Source of the DNA: Treponema sp.
GTDB taxonomy: Bacteria > Spirochaetota > Spirochaetia > Treponematales > Treponemataceae
Assembly (NCBI GenBank): GCA_045534325.1
Contig: JAZSJM010000037.1
Location: 1 to 58,887 of the forward strand
DNA length: 58,887 nt
Direction of reading: 5' to 3'
The notes under the pieces were generated by a model. It saw only the letters and a program-made list of their open reading frames with translations. It did not search any database and was not told where the DNA came from. How positions within the stretch are numbered: the first letter of the stretch is position 1; every line of letters starts with the position of its first letter. Position numbers and translations under genes: made by a program. Shown piece by piece: positions 9,879 through 19,018 of the stretch.

Positions 9879-11111
9879 CTAAAAGCCGATTTTTACTCCG
9901 ACAAATGCTCCAAGACCAGTTAAGTCAAAACTCTTTAAAAAGTCTCCGCCTCTGGTCTGAACATAGGCGTCAAGCTCAAGGACTCGTGCATTTATCATCA
10001 ATCCAACAGTCTGCTTAAACACCTGATTTTCATACGCTGTTCCAAAATTTAACCCGAGAACTTTTAAAATCACAAATTCTGACTGCAGGCTGTATTCACC
10101 GAAAATCTGATACTCGTTTGTAAAAGGATTTCGCATAGACATATTAACCTTTGGTCTGAATACACACCACTGTCCAAAGGGTCTCCATGCGCCTTCTAAC
10201 CCAAGGATAAAAGGACGATGAATAAATTTTATTTCTTTTGTATATGCTACATCTTCGCTGCCGTAATCTTTTTCTGTTGAATTAGTATCATCCAAAACAC
10301 CCAGCAGATTATTTTGCTCGAAATATCCCCAAACACGCTTTGTTGCCTTATAATTAAGCCGTCCTGGAACAATAGGAATTCGTGTAAATATTCCCATATC
10401 AAAAGTTTTGGTTATTTGATGTTCAATTTCTGCAGTAAAATCAAAACCGACACTTTTTACAACTTCTTGCAGAGCATCCTGAATATAAGCCACATCAACC
10501 TGCTGGTCGCTTATATTTTCTAGGCTGATTACTGAATAGACATTAACAGGAATATCAGCATCTGCACGAATCAAACCTTCGTCAGTTGATTTATATGTTA
10601 CAGATGCCTTTGTTTCTGCGACGTGCACAAGCGGAAAGAAAAAACTCGGCGCAAGTTTTATACCAAAGTCTTTTATATCTGTTTTTACAGAAAAACCAGT
10701 TTCGGCATAAAGGTCTCCATACAAAGCAATATCGATTGTTTCATTTGTATTAGCACCGATTCCCTTGCCCAGCATGTCAAAAAGATTTTTAGATATGTTT
10801 CCGTAGCCGCTGCCATTTACGCCCCAGAAAAATGAAAACCTGAAATATTTATTTGCGTTTACAGCAAAATAAAATTTTGTGTTTACGTCGTTATCTAAAA
10901 CAAATCCTCTGTCACTCAAATTTTCTGCAAGTTCTGTAAGGTCGATTGTCAAATCTTGGACAAAAACATCTGTTGCCCCGTAATAATTATTTGAGACACC
11001 AGCCTGAGCTTCTACACCAATTTCAAAATATCTTCTGGAATTTGCAAGTTCTCCGAAGGCACAATTTATGGCAAAGAGTGCAAAAACGAATGTAAGCAAT
11101 TTTTTATTCAT
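9879..11111 (-). CDS. Putative outer-membrane beta-barrel protein
   Basis: Signal peptide, alternating amphipathic strands, C-terminal VGVKIGF barrel signal. Confidence 0.7.
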   Translation of the reverse strand: MNKKLLTFVFALFAINCAFGELANSRRYFEIGVEAQAGVSNNYYGATDVFVQDLTIDLTELAENLSDRGFVLDNDVNTKFYFAVNANKYFRFSFFWGVNGSGYGNISKNLFDMLGKGIGANTNETIDIALYGDLYAETGFSVKTDIKDFGIKLAPSFFFPLVHVAETKASVTYKSTDEGLIRADADIPVNVYSVISLENISDQQVDVAYIQDALQEVVKSVGFDFTAEIEHQITKTFDMGIFTRIPIVPGRLNYKATKRVWGYFEQNNLLGVLDDTNSTEKDYGSEDVAYTKEIKFIHRPFILGLEGAWRPFGQWCVFRPKVNMSMRNPFTNEYQIFGEYSLQSEFVILKVLGLNFGTAYENQVFKQTVGLMINARVLELDAYVQTRGGDFLKSFDLTGLGAFVGVKIGF

Positions 11112-13905
11112 CTTCGCCTCCCCAGATTACATATTCATTATCTGTTTCTGCGGTAATTACCGCCCGTGCAGAAAACGAAGCGTCTCTCGGAACAATAAAA
11201 TCCTGTGCAGGAATTTCCAAAATCACCTGAGGAATAAATTTGTAATTAGAAAATATGCTTTTTATTTCCGTTCGGTTTAAGCCTATTGTTTTGCTGTTCT
11301 TTTCCCACTTATTAGAAGATCCTTTTAAGATAGAAATTTCCTTAGTGTAAATACCTTTTTCTTCATTCCAGCCAAGATATTTCACACCTCCCTCATTTGT
11401 TGCTACAAAATATGCATTTAAAGAAAGACCTATATTATTTTGGAATAAATACTGTAAATAAATTCCTTTAACCATGTCTGCATATTCTTCAAAATCAGAA
11501 GTTTCTTCTGCACTGTTTCTTCCTAATAAGTCGTCTTCCATTTCAATTCCAAAAGAAGAAAAAACATCATTAACATTAATATCATCGATAACTTCCAGTT
11601 TTAAAGCAAGAATCATTGCAAGACTCATTTTTATGGAAGTTGAATATCCTGATTCTTGCAGTGTATCTACATCAGATTTTTTTATAGTTATCGTTGAGTC
11701 TCCATCACCACTTGCCATTACCAGCGAATAATCAAATCCGAGATTCTCAGGTTTTTCATTGATAATTGAAACAAGAGATTCGCCATTCAATTCACCTGAA
11801 TAATCAATCTTAGATATGTCTGTAATTATACCTTCGTCGTCAGAAAGTTCTGCAAATGTTTTAGAAGCAGAAACAAATCTTAAATCGCTTCCAGTTAAAA
11901 GTGATGCAGATCCGCCGTCATAAGTTGCCGTTATTGAACCAGAAAATCCTGTAAAATCATCTAACCCTGCAAGATTCGGCTTTGTAATGTAAAGATAGCC
12001 TTTTATTGCATCAGTCTTGAACTTTGTCTTGTCAAGAATTTCTCCGATAAAGCCTTCATCAGAAATATCACCTAAAAATGTCTTTAAATTAAGTCCAGTA
12101 TCAATTGAACCGCTTAAACTCTGAGACTGAGTATTCAACACAATTTCTTCCCAGTCATACACCAGCGAAATTTCAAAATCAAAATTATATTCTGTTCCCA
12201 AAACAAAACTTGAAAGAGTAACTAAACTTGAATCGATTTCGTCACTTGAATAAAGATTAAAGTCGATGTCAAAGTCAACAGTTGAATTATCTGCAAGAGT
12301 TTTTTCCAGCATTTCTTCTCCATAATCCTTTATCATTGAAAGGGCATAAGGAGATGATTTTGAAAAATCTACTGTTTGTATCGCCAAAGGTTCGGATGGA
12401 GAAATATCAAAAAACGTAGACGAAAGTTCTCCGTCCAAAAGCATATTGCTGGAAGGCAGGTTTGTATTTATTGTGCCTTCAAGACCAACTTTTTTGAATA
12501 CGATTTTTTCTATATATTTTGTTACGTCATTGCTAATAGTTTGAGAAATATTTTTGCTTAAATTACTAGTGTCTACAAGTTTATCTAAATATACTTTTGC
12601 ATTTTTAAGTGAATTAATTTTAACTCCACCATAAAATGTAATTTTATCGCTGCTGTCTAAATCAAGAGTTGCATTGTTAACAGAAAATTTAATTTGACCG
12701 TTTATTGAAAGACCTGCGTTCGGTGAATACGTTTTTCCATGCAAATTTGCTGATTTATATACAGCATAATCTGACGATGCATTTGTAAAACTATCTTTTG
12801 AAATCTCAAGGTCGCCGCTTACTTCCAGCTGGGGATTTATTTTTATTCCAGTCCAGCCTTCAGGAACTTCTACATAATAAAAAAGCGATCCGTCATCAAT
12901 CTGTGCAGATTTTATGGTATCTCCAATAGAAGATGTATCAACTGTTGTATTTACATCAAAAAAATATGATTCTAATTCGCTTTCACTTATCGTAAGACCT
13001 GTTACTTTATCCAGTTCTGTATCATTTGAAAAATTCAGGTTAGCATTTAAAAGAGACGCTGTATTTTCCTGCCCATAAGATGATTTTGCATATAAATTAA
13101 GCTTGAATGCACTGTCCAGTGATTTACCGTTCATTGGCATGACAATGGAATTCATTGTACCATTGCGTTCACGCACAATTATTAAATCAGACGATGAAAT
13201 CTCCTGTTCATTTGTATCTAACAGGGTTGCCTTTATCTGAATTTCTTCGTCACTGCTTCCATCCTGCTGGGTAAAACTTATAATTAAGTTTCCCGTTTTA
13301 AAGTGAACTGAATCAAAGTCAGGATGCGTAAAATTTACAGTTATTTTTTCAAGTTCAATTTCTAAAGCATCGCTGGTTCCACTTTGTGGAAAGTATAAGT
13401 TATTTATTGTACACGAAATCTTATCTTTTACGACTTCACCAAAATCAAGTTCGTTACCAACTTCCTGACTTTCTACAACATTCTGCTTATCTACGCATAC
13501 TGTTTGTGAAAAAGTGTTATTACTTGAAAAATCAAGGGTATCTAAATTCTGTAAATATGAAGAAATATCCAAAGGAATTTCTGCAACAGAATAGTTGAAC
13601 AAATATTTTTGAGCACTGGAATCTGTTATATCGTTAAAATCGTAAATTTCAAAAACAGGGCTGTCAGCACCTCCAGAAGTGTTACCTGTAATGATTTCCT
13701 GCAACTTAGACACACTCATGTGATCCTTTAGCTTTGCAGTTGCCTGACCCAACGGAAGGGAATATGAACCTTCTGTTTTTACAGAAACAGTTTCAGGAAT
13801 TTGCATGTTTTTTATATCATCAATAAATGAACAGGATATAATAGTCCCTGTAATGCAAAAAATGAGGATAATTATTGCTGTCTTTACAACATTGTAAGTC
13901 TTCAT
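11104..13905 (-). CDS. Large acidic beta-rich lipoprotein of unknown function
   Basis: Likely start ATG 13905 (AAAGGA upstream), lipobox IISC; 8-nt overlap with the barrel gene. Confidence 0.7.
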   Translation of the reverse strand: MKTYNVVKTAIIILIFCITGTIISCSFIDDIKNMQIPETVSVKTEGSYSLPLGQATAKLKDHMSVSKLQEIITGNTSGGADSPVFEIYDFNDITDSSAQKYLFNYSVAEIPLDISSYLQNLDTLDFSSNNTFSQTVCVDKQNVVESQEVGNELDFGEVVKDKISCTINNLYFPQSGTSDALEIELEKITVNFTHPDFDSVHFKTGNLIISFTQQDGSSDEEIQIKATLLDTNEQEISSSDLIIVRERNGTMNSIVMPMNGKSLDSAFKLNLYAKSSYGQENTASLLNANLNFSNDTELDKVTGLTISESELESYFFDVNTTVDTSSIGDTIKSAQIDDGSLFYYVEVPEGWTGIKINPQLEVSGDLEISKDSFTNASSDYAVYKSANLHGKTYSPNAGLSINGQIKFSVNNATLDLDSSDKITFYGGVKINSLKNAKVYLDKLVDTSNLSKNISQTISNDVTKYIEKIVFKKVGLEGTINTNLPSSNMLLDGELSSTFFDISPSEPLAIQTVDFSKSSPYALSMIKDYGEEMLEKTLADNSTVDFDIDFNLYSSDEIDSSLVTLSSFVLGTEYNFDFEISLVYDWEEIVLNTQSQSLSGSIDTGLNLKTFLGDISDEGFIGEILDKTKFKTDAIKGYLYITKPNLAGLDDFTGFSGSITATYDGGSASLLTGSDLRFVSASKTFAELSDDEGIITDISKIDYSGELNGESLVSIINEKPENLGFDYSLVMASGDGDSTITIKKSDVDTLQESGYSTSIKMSLAMILALKLEVIDDINVNDVFSSFGIEMEDDLLGRNSAEETSDFEEYADMVKGIYLQYLFQNNIGLSLNAYFVATNEGGVKYLGWNEEKGIYTKEISILKGSSNKWEKNSKTIGLNRTEIKSIFSNYKFIPQVILEIPAQDFIVPRDASFSARAVITAETDNEYVIWGGEDE

Positions 13906-14058
13906 TTTTACTGTCCTTTTGTTTATCTGACATAAATTATAACCCGTCCGCCAATTATTATCGTACCGGATTACTGATTTTACCACACCTAACCAGTGTA
14001 AATTCATGTTATTTTAGTGTTTTTTATTATCGGCAGAAAACTGCCCATTTAAAACAGC

Positions 14059-14112
14059 AAAAAAAATAACCCTGTGATTGATATATGGTTACATAAAAAA
14101 CACAGGGTTATT
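14059..14112 (-). terminator. Terminator after tex
   Basis: AATAACCCTGTG/CACAGGGTTATT stem with a T-run on the minus strand. Confidence 0.7.
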
Positions 14113-14140
14113 CATTTTGTTTTATCGTTATAGTAATTTT

Positions 14141-16528
14141 TTATTTTTTTGCATTAAAAAATGCTGCAAACGGATTATATGTTTCTCCGCTGTCAGAAGC
14201 ATCGTAGCGGCCAGAAGAAGATGTTCGTGCTGGTCTATCACCTGCATTTCCACTCTTTTTTACAACAACAACTTTTTTTCTTCCTTCGACAGAACCAGAT
14301 ACATCGCGAGCCGGCTTTTTGCCTTCGTTTGTCTGCCCCAGTCTTGTATGTGCATCACTCTTAAGGGAAAGAGAAATTCTCATTCTATCCTTATCAAGGG
14401 CGATGATTGTAAATTCCTTTACGTCACCAACTTTGATAACGTCCATCGGGTCAGAAACGTAAGTATCGCTCAATTCAGAAATATGAATTAAAGCTGTTTC
14501 GTGGAGACCGATATCTACAAAGGCACCAAAGTCTACTACGTTTTTGATTTTACCTGTTACCTTCATGCCGACTGTAAGGTCTTCAAATTTAACAACGCCT
14601 TTCTGCATGATTGGTGCAGGATAATCTGAACGAGGGTCGCGGTTAGGCTTTCCAAGTTCATCAATAATATCGTTCATTGTAGTTTCGCCCACATTGTACT
14701 TTTCGCACAACTTCTTTTTAAGGTCAGCCGGAACCTGTTTGCCTTCCCGGACATAAGAAAGAACTTCCCGGGCTGCATCGTAGTTTTCCGGGTGAACCCA
14801 TGTGTTGTCGAGAGGGTCTGCACTTTCTGCAATCTTTAAAAATCCAGCACACTGTTCAAATGCCTTTGGCCCAAGCCCCGGAACTTTTTTTAATTCTTCG
14901 CGGCTCTTTATTTTTCCGTTAGCATCGCGGTAAGCAACGATTTTTTTAGCAGTTGAAAGGTTAATGCCTGAAACATATTTTAAAAGCATGTAGGAAGCAG
15001 TGTTGAGGTTAACGCCTACATTGTTTACAACCGACGCAACAACTTCATCCAGCTGCTCTGCAAGTTTTTTCTGGTTAACATCGTGCTGATAAAGCCCAAC
15101 GCCGATTGCTTTTGGGTCGATTTTTACAAGTTCAGCGAGAGGGTCCTGAAGTCGGCGTCCCATGCTGATAGCACCCCGAACCATTACATCAAGGTCTGGA
15201 AATTCTTCAGTTGCAACAGGAGAAGCTGAATATACAGAAGCTCCAGATTCATCTACAACCGTATATTTTACGTCTGAACCTGAATAATTATCCGAAAGAA
15301 CCTGCGAAACAATTGTCTGAACTTCCTGGGAACCAGTACCGTTACCTACAGCAATTACCTGAATGTCGTATTTATCAATTGCGTCATTAATCTGGTCGTA
15401 AGCATCTTTTGGATTTTGTTCCTGATAAATCTTAAAAAATCCAAGATATTTTCCTGTTTCATCCAGGGCTGCACACTTTGTACCGTTACGGTAACCCGGA
15501 TCAACTCCCAAAACACGGCTGCCTTTAATCGGCTGTGTCATCAAAAGGTTTTTAAGGTTTTCTGAGAAAAGCTCTATTCCATGGTCATCAGCCTCATCAG
15601 TTTCGTTACTGCGGATTTCGCGGACAACTGCCGGGGACAAAAGTCGAACAAGACCGTCTTCAATGGCATCACGGTGATATTTATTGCTGATTTTTACTTT
15701 TTTCTGGAGCATTGCTACAGCGTCATCAACAGGAACATCGATTGTTACAGAAAGAGCCCCTTCACGTTCTGCACGATTAATGGCCAAAATGCGGTGTGGT
15801 TTAACCTGATTCAAAGGTTCAGAATAATCCCAATACATCTTGTACACAGAAGTTTTTTCCGCTGTTTCTGCGTCCTGCCCGTCAGGAACGATTCCCTTTG
15901 TCTGGATTGAACCAGATGCCATATATAAATCAACAACTGCTGCACGGTTTTCTGTATTTTGGGAAGTACGCTCTGCAATTATGTCCTGTGCACCCATAAT
16001 CGCATCCATAAAGGTTTCTACATTCAAAGCAGAATCTTCGTTATCTGTTTTTACGTATTTTTTTGCTTCTTCTTCTACGGCAGCATCGTCATTTTCACTT
16101 TCCATAAAGTCAGCCAAAGGTTCAAGACCTTTTTCAATGGCAACCATACCCCGGGTCTTCTTCTTTTTCTTGAATGGAGCCCAGAGATCTTCAAGTTCCG
16201 TCAAAGTTTTTGCACCCATTACAGCGTTGTAGAGGCTTTCAGTAAGTTTTCCTTGAGCAAAAATACCGCGTACGATTTCCAGACGGCGTTCTTCAAGATT
16301 TTTATATGACTTAAATTTGTGATCGCATTCAAGAACTTCAACTTCATTTAAATTATCAGTCTTGTCTTTACGATAGCGCGAAATAAAGGCAACGGTACAG
16401 TCTTCGTTGATTAAACTTATAACAGCGCTTACCTGACTAACACGGATATTAAGCTCTTCCGCAATTCTTTTCATAATGTCCACTTCGTTAACAACGAGGG
16501 AGTCGATTAATTCCTGAGTAAATTCCAT
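14141..16528 (-). CDS. tex: Tex/YhgF RNA-binding transcription accessory protein
   Basis: FISRYRK, YqgF-like LGVDPGYRNGTK, SVYSAS, IGVGLYQHDV, HhH and S1 (GKIKNVVDFGAFVDIG) motifs; start set at ATG 16528. Confidence 0.93.
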   Translation of the reverse strand: MEFTQELIDSLVVNEVDIMKRIAEELNIRVSQVSAVISLINEDCTVAFISRYRKDKTDNLNEVEVLECDHKFKSYKNLEERRLEIVRGIFAQGKLTESLYNAVMGAKTLTELEDLWAPFKKKKKTRGMVAIEKGLEPLADFMESENDDAAVEEEAKKYVKTDNEDSALNVETFMDAIMGAQDIIAERTSQNTENRAAVVDLYMASGSIQTKGIVPDGQDAETAEKTSVYKMYWDYSEPLNQVKPHRILAINRAEREGALSVTIDVPVDDAVAMLQKKVKISNKYHRDAIEDGLVRLLSPAVVREIRSNETDEADDHGIELFSENLKNLLMTQPIKGSRVLGVDPGYRNGTKCAALDETGKYLGFFKIYQEQNPKDAYDQINDAIDKYDIQVIAVGNGTGSQEVQTIVSQVLSDNYSGSDVKYTVVDESGASVYSASPVATEEFPDLDVMVRGAISMGRRLQDPLAELVKIDPKAIGVGLYQHDVNQKKLAEQLDEVVASVVNNVGVNLNTASYMLLKYVSGINLSTAKKIVAYRDANGKIKSREELKKVPGLGPKAFEQCAGFLKIAESADPLDNTWVHPENYDAAREVLSYVREGKQVPADLKKKLCEKYNVGETTMNDIIDELGKPNRDPRSDYPAPIMQKGVVKFEDLTVGMKVTGKIKNVVDFGAFVDIGLHETALIHISELSDTYVSDPMDVIKVGDVKEFTIIALDKDRMRISLSLKSDAHTRLGQTNEGKKPARDVSGSVEGRKKVVVVKKSGNAGDRPARTSSSGRYDASDSGETYNPFAAFFNAKK

Positions 16529-16663
16529 AGTAAGATTATAGTACAAAAAACATCGTTACCGAACAATAAAAAATAACGACTTCTTTTTTCTTTTTTAAAT
16601 GATTTCGGTTAATATCTTTTTTCCCTATATTGTGATATATTCGCCTTATATACGAGGAAAATC

Positions 16664-17014
16664 ATGATTCACTCTATTCCAGATGAAGAAATTATTGAAA
16701 AAACTGAATGTTCTGTAGTTCTAAAAGTTTTTATTGACGTAAAAAGTGATTATTTTGACGGACACTTTGATCAGTTTAAATTATTGCCTGCTGTCGCTCA
16801 GATTGATTTATTGGTTCATTATGCAAATAAATATTTTGGACTTCCCCTTTCTACACCATCGATAAAACGTTTTAAATTCAGTGATAAAATCCTGCCAGAA
16901 ACAACGGTCCTTTTTAAAATCGATTTTGATTCTCAAAAAAACCGTGTTTCTTTCGAAATATCAGACTCCTCAAATGAACAAATCTATTCAAGCGGAAGTT
17001 ATTTTATATCCTGA
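16664..17014 (+). CDS. Hotdog-fold 3-hydroxyacyl-ACP dehydratase (ApeI/FabZ-like)
   Basis: YFDGHF..FKLLPAVAQI..KF...ILP motif. Confidence 0.75.
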   Translation: MIHSIPDEEIIEKTECSVVLKVFIDVKSDYFDGHFDQFKLLPAVAQIDLLVHYANKYFGLPLSTPSIKRFKFSDKILPETTVLFKIDFDSQKNRVSFEISDSSNEQIYSSGSYFIS

Positions 17015-18741
17015 GCAATTTGTTCTGGCGTAAGATGGTTTTCCTTTAAAACATCTGATGGATTGTATCGATCTAAAAACTCCTTTTTAAGACCAAAATT
17101 ATACACTTTTACAGAAGATGAGCCATAGAACGAAGCAATTTTTTGTCCAAATCCTCCGTCCAGGATTCCATCTTCTAAAGTGATTATTTTGGTATGAGTT
17201 TTTAAAAGTTCACACAAAAGCTCTTTATCCAGACCTGTAATGTATCGTGGATTTATCAGAGTTGGTTTTTTGCCTGTTTCTTTTTCAATATAATCAGCAG
17301 TTTTTTCTCCAAGCTGGTAAAAATCCCCCAGCGCCAAAATTGCAACTTCGCTACCCTTTTGCATAACTTTGTATTTGTTAAGATTTGAATAATCTTTATC
17401 TACTTCCAGTGATGTATGAATCATTCCGTTGCACGGCATACGGATTGCAACAGGGTATTTTGTCTGTTCAATCGACCAGTCAAGCATTGCAAAATACTCT
17501 TCAACATTTGTCGGTGCAAGATATACAAGTTCCGGAAGATTTGACATTAAAGGAATATCAAAAATTCCTAAGTGAGTAATATCATTCATTCCCCAGATAC
17601 TTGCGGTATTTACCAGAAGTGTAGCAGGATTTTTATTGATACATAAATCCTGATTTAACTGGTCGTATGTACGCTGTATAAAACTTGAATGCGTTCCAAA
17701 TACAGGTTTTGCACCCCCTTTTGCCATTGCACTTACTAAAGCAATTGCATGTTCTTCTGCAATTCCTGTATCGATAAATTGAATTCCTGCTTTCTGGCGG
17801 TTTGCCTTATTAAAACCAAAATTTCCAGGAACGGCAGGACACACAAAAGAAACAGTTTTATCTTTTGCCATTTTTTCCAGCAGAAATTCTGCCGTTTTGT
17901 TATTCAGATTATCAGGATTTCCCGTTGCTCGTTCACCTGTTTCGCGGTTAAAAGGGTTTGTCCAGTGCCAGATTTCTTTGTTGTCTTCTGCAGGTTTATA
18001 ACCGCATCCTTTTAAGGTGTTGATATGTACAACAACAGGATGATTTATATCCTTTACTTTGCTAAATGCATCAATTAATGCATCCACATCGTTTCCTTTA
18101 TCCACATAAATATAATCAAGCCCCATTGCTTTAAATAAATTTACAGGACATTCACCGTTTGACTGACGAAGTTCCCGAAGATTTTTATAAAGTCCACCAT
18201 GATTTTCTGCAATCGACATATCATTATCATTTACAACGATAATAAAATTAGTTGTCATCTCGCCGGCAAAATCCAGCCCTTCTAAGGCTTCGCCGCCGCT
18301 TAAAGACCCGTCTCCGATAACAGCAATAATGTTTTCTTTACCGCCTTTTAAATCCCGTGCCTTTGCAAGTCCACAGGCAAGACTTACTGATGTAGATGTA
18401 TGTCCCACGTTAAAAAAATCATGTTCGCTTTCGTCAGGATTTGTATAGCCGCTTATTTCCCTGAACCTTGTTTCATCATAAAAACCATAAGCACGACCAG
18501 TTAAAATTTTATGAGGATAACATTGATGACTTACATCAAAAACAATTTTATCTTTAGGTGAATCAAAAACATAATGAAGAGCAACTGTTGCCTCTACAAT
18601 ACCAAAATTCGGACCAAAATGACCGCCCTTTTTTGTGAGGCGGTTAAAAAGACCTTCACGGATTTCTGATGCAACTTGTGGAAGTTTTTCACGACTTAAT
18701 TTTTTTAAATCTGCAGGGGATTTTATTGAATCAATTAACAT
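16999..18741 (-). CDS. dxs: 1-deoxy-D-xylulose-5-phosphate synthase
   Basis: GGHFGPN, FDVSHQCYPHK, GHTSTS, GDGSLSGG...NDN TPP motif, GIAEEHA. Confidence 0.92.
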   Translation of the reverse strand: MLIDSIKSPADLKKLSREKLPQVASEIREGLFNRLTKKGGHFGPNFGIVEATVALHYVFDSPKDKIVFDVSHQCYPHKILTGRAYGFYDETRFREISGYTNPDESEHDFFNVGHTSTSVSLACGLAKARDLKGGKENIIAVIGDGSLSGGEALEGLDFAGEMTTNFIIVVNDNDMSIAENHGGLYKNLRELRQSNGECPVNLFKAMGLDYIYVDKGNDVDALIDAFSKVKDINHPVVVHINTLKGCGYKPAEDNKEIWHWTNPFNRETGERATGNPDNLNNKTAEFLLEKMAKDKTVSFVCPAVPGNFGFNKANRQKAGIQFIDTGIAEEHAIALVSAMAKGGAKPVFGTHSSFIQRTYDQLNQDLCINKNPATLLVNTASIWGMNDITHLGIFDIPLMSNLPELVYLAPTNVEEYFAMLDWSIEQTKYPVAIRMPCNGMIHTSLEVDKDYSNLNKYKVMQKGSEVAILALGDFYQLGEKTADYIEKETGKKPTLINPRYITGLDKELLCELLKTHTKIITLEDGILDGGFGQKIASFYGSSSVKVYNFGLKKEFLDRYNPSDVLKENHLTPEQIAQDIK

Positions 18742-18835
18742 TATTTTCTCCTGTAAAAATGATTGATTTATTCCTATTTTAAAATATTAACAAAAAAATA
18801 GTAAGACATGATTTTTTCATAAAAAACATGTAGTG

Positions 18836-18978
18836 GCTTAGGGATGGTAGCAGCGCCCTGAGTGCATTAATGCGCTCAGGTGCGTCCGACGGCATTTTGC
18901 CGTCGGATGAAGCGTTTTAGCGTAACTGCGGACAGCCCGCCCCCATTGCCCCGTTCAAGGGGCAATGGGGAAAGCTCC
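18836..18978 (+). repeat. Structured repeat copy E3
   Basis: GCTTAGGGATGGTAGCAG...CTGCGGACAGCCCG-hairpin-AAGC. Confidence 0.8.
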
Positions 18979-19018
18979 GTCTTATATACTGAGAGTTTTT
19001 GTGATACAATTTTTTGAT

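Noticed and set aside
18836-18978. Cobalamin riboswitch upstream of the B12-type radical SAM gene
   Set aside because: No B12-box arrangement; the sequence is a member of the dispersed repeat family and lies upstream of the predicted -10.
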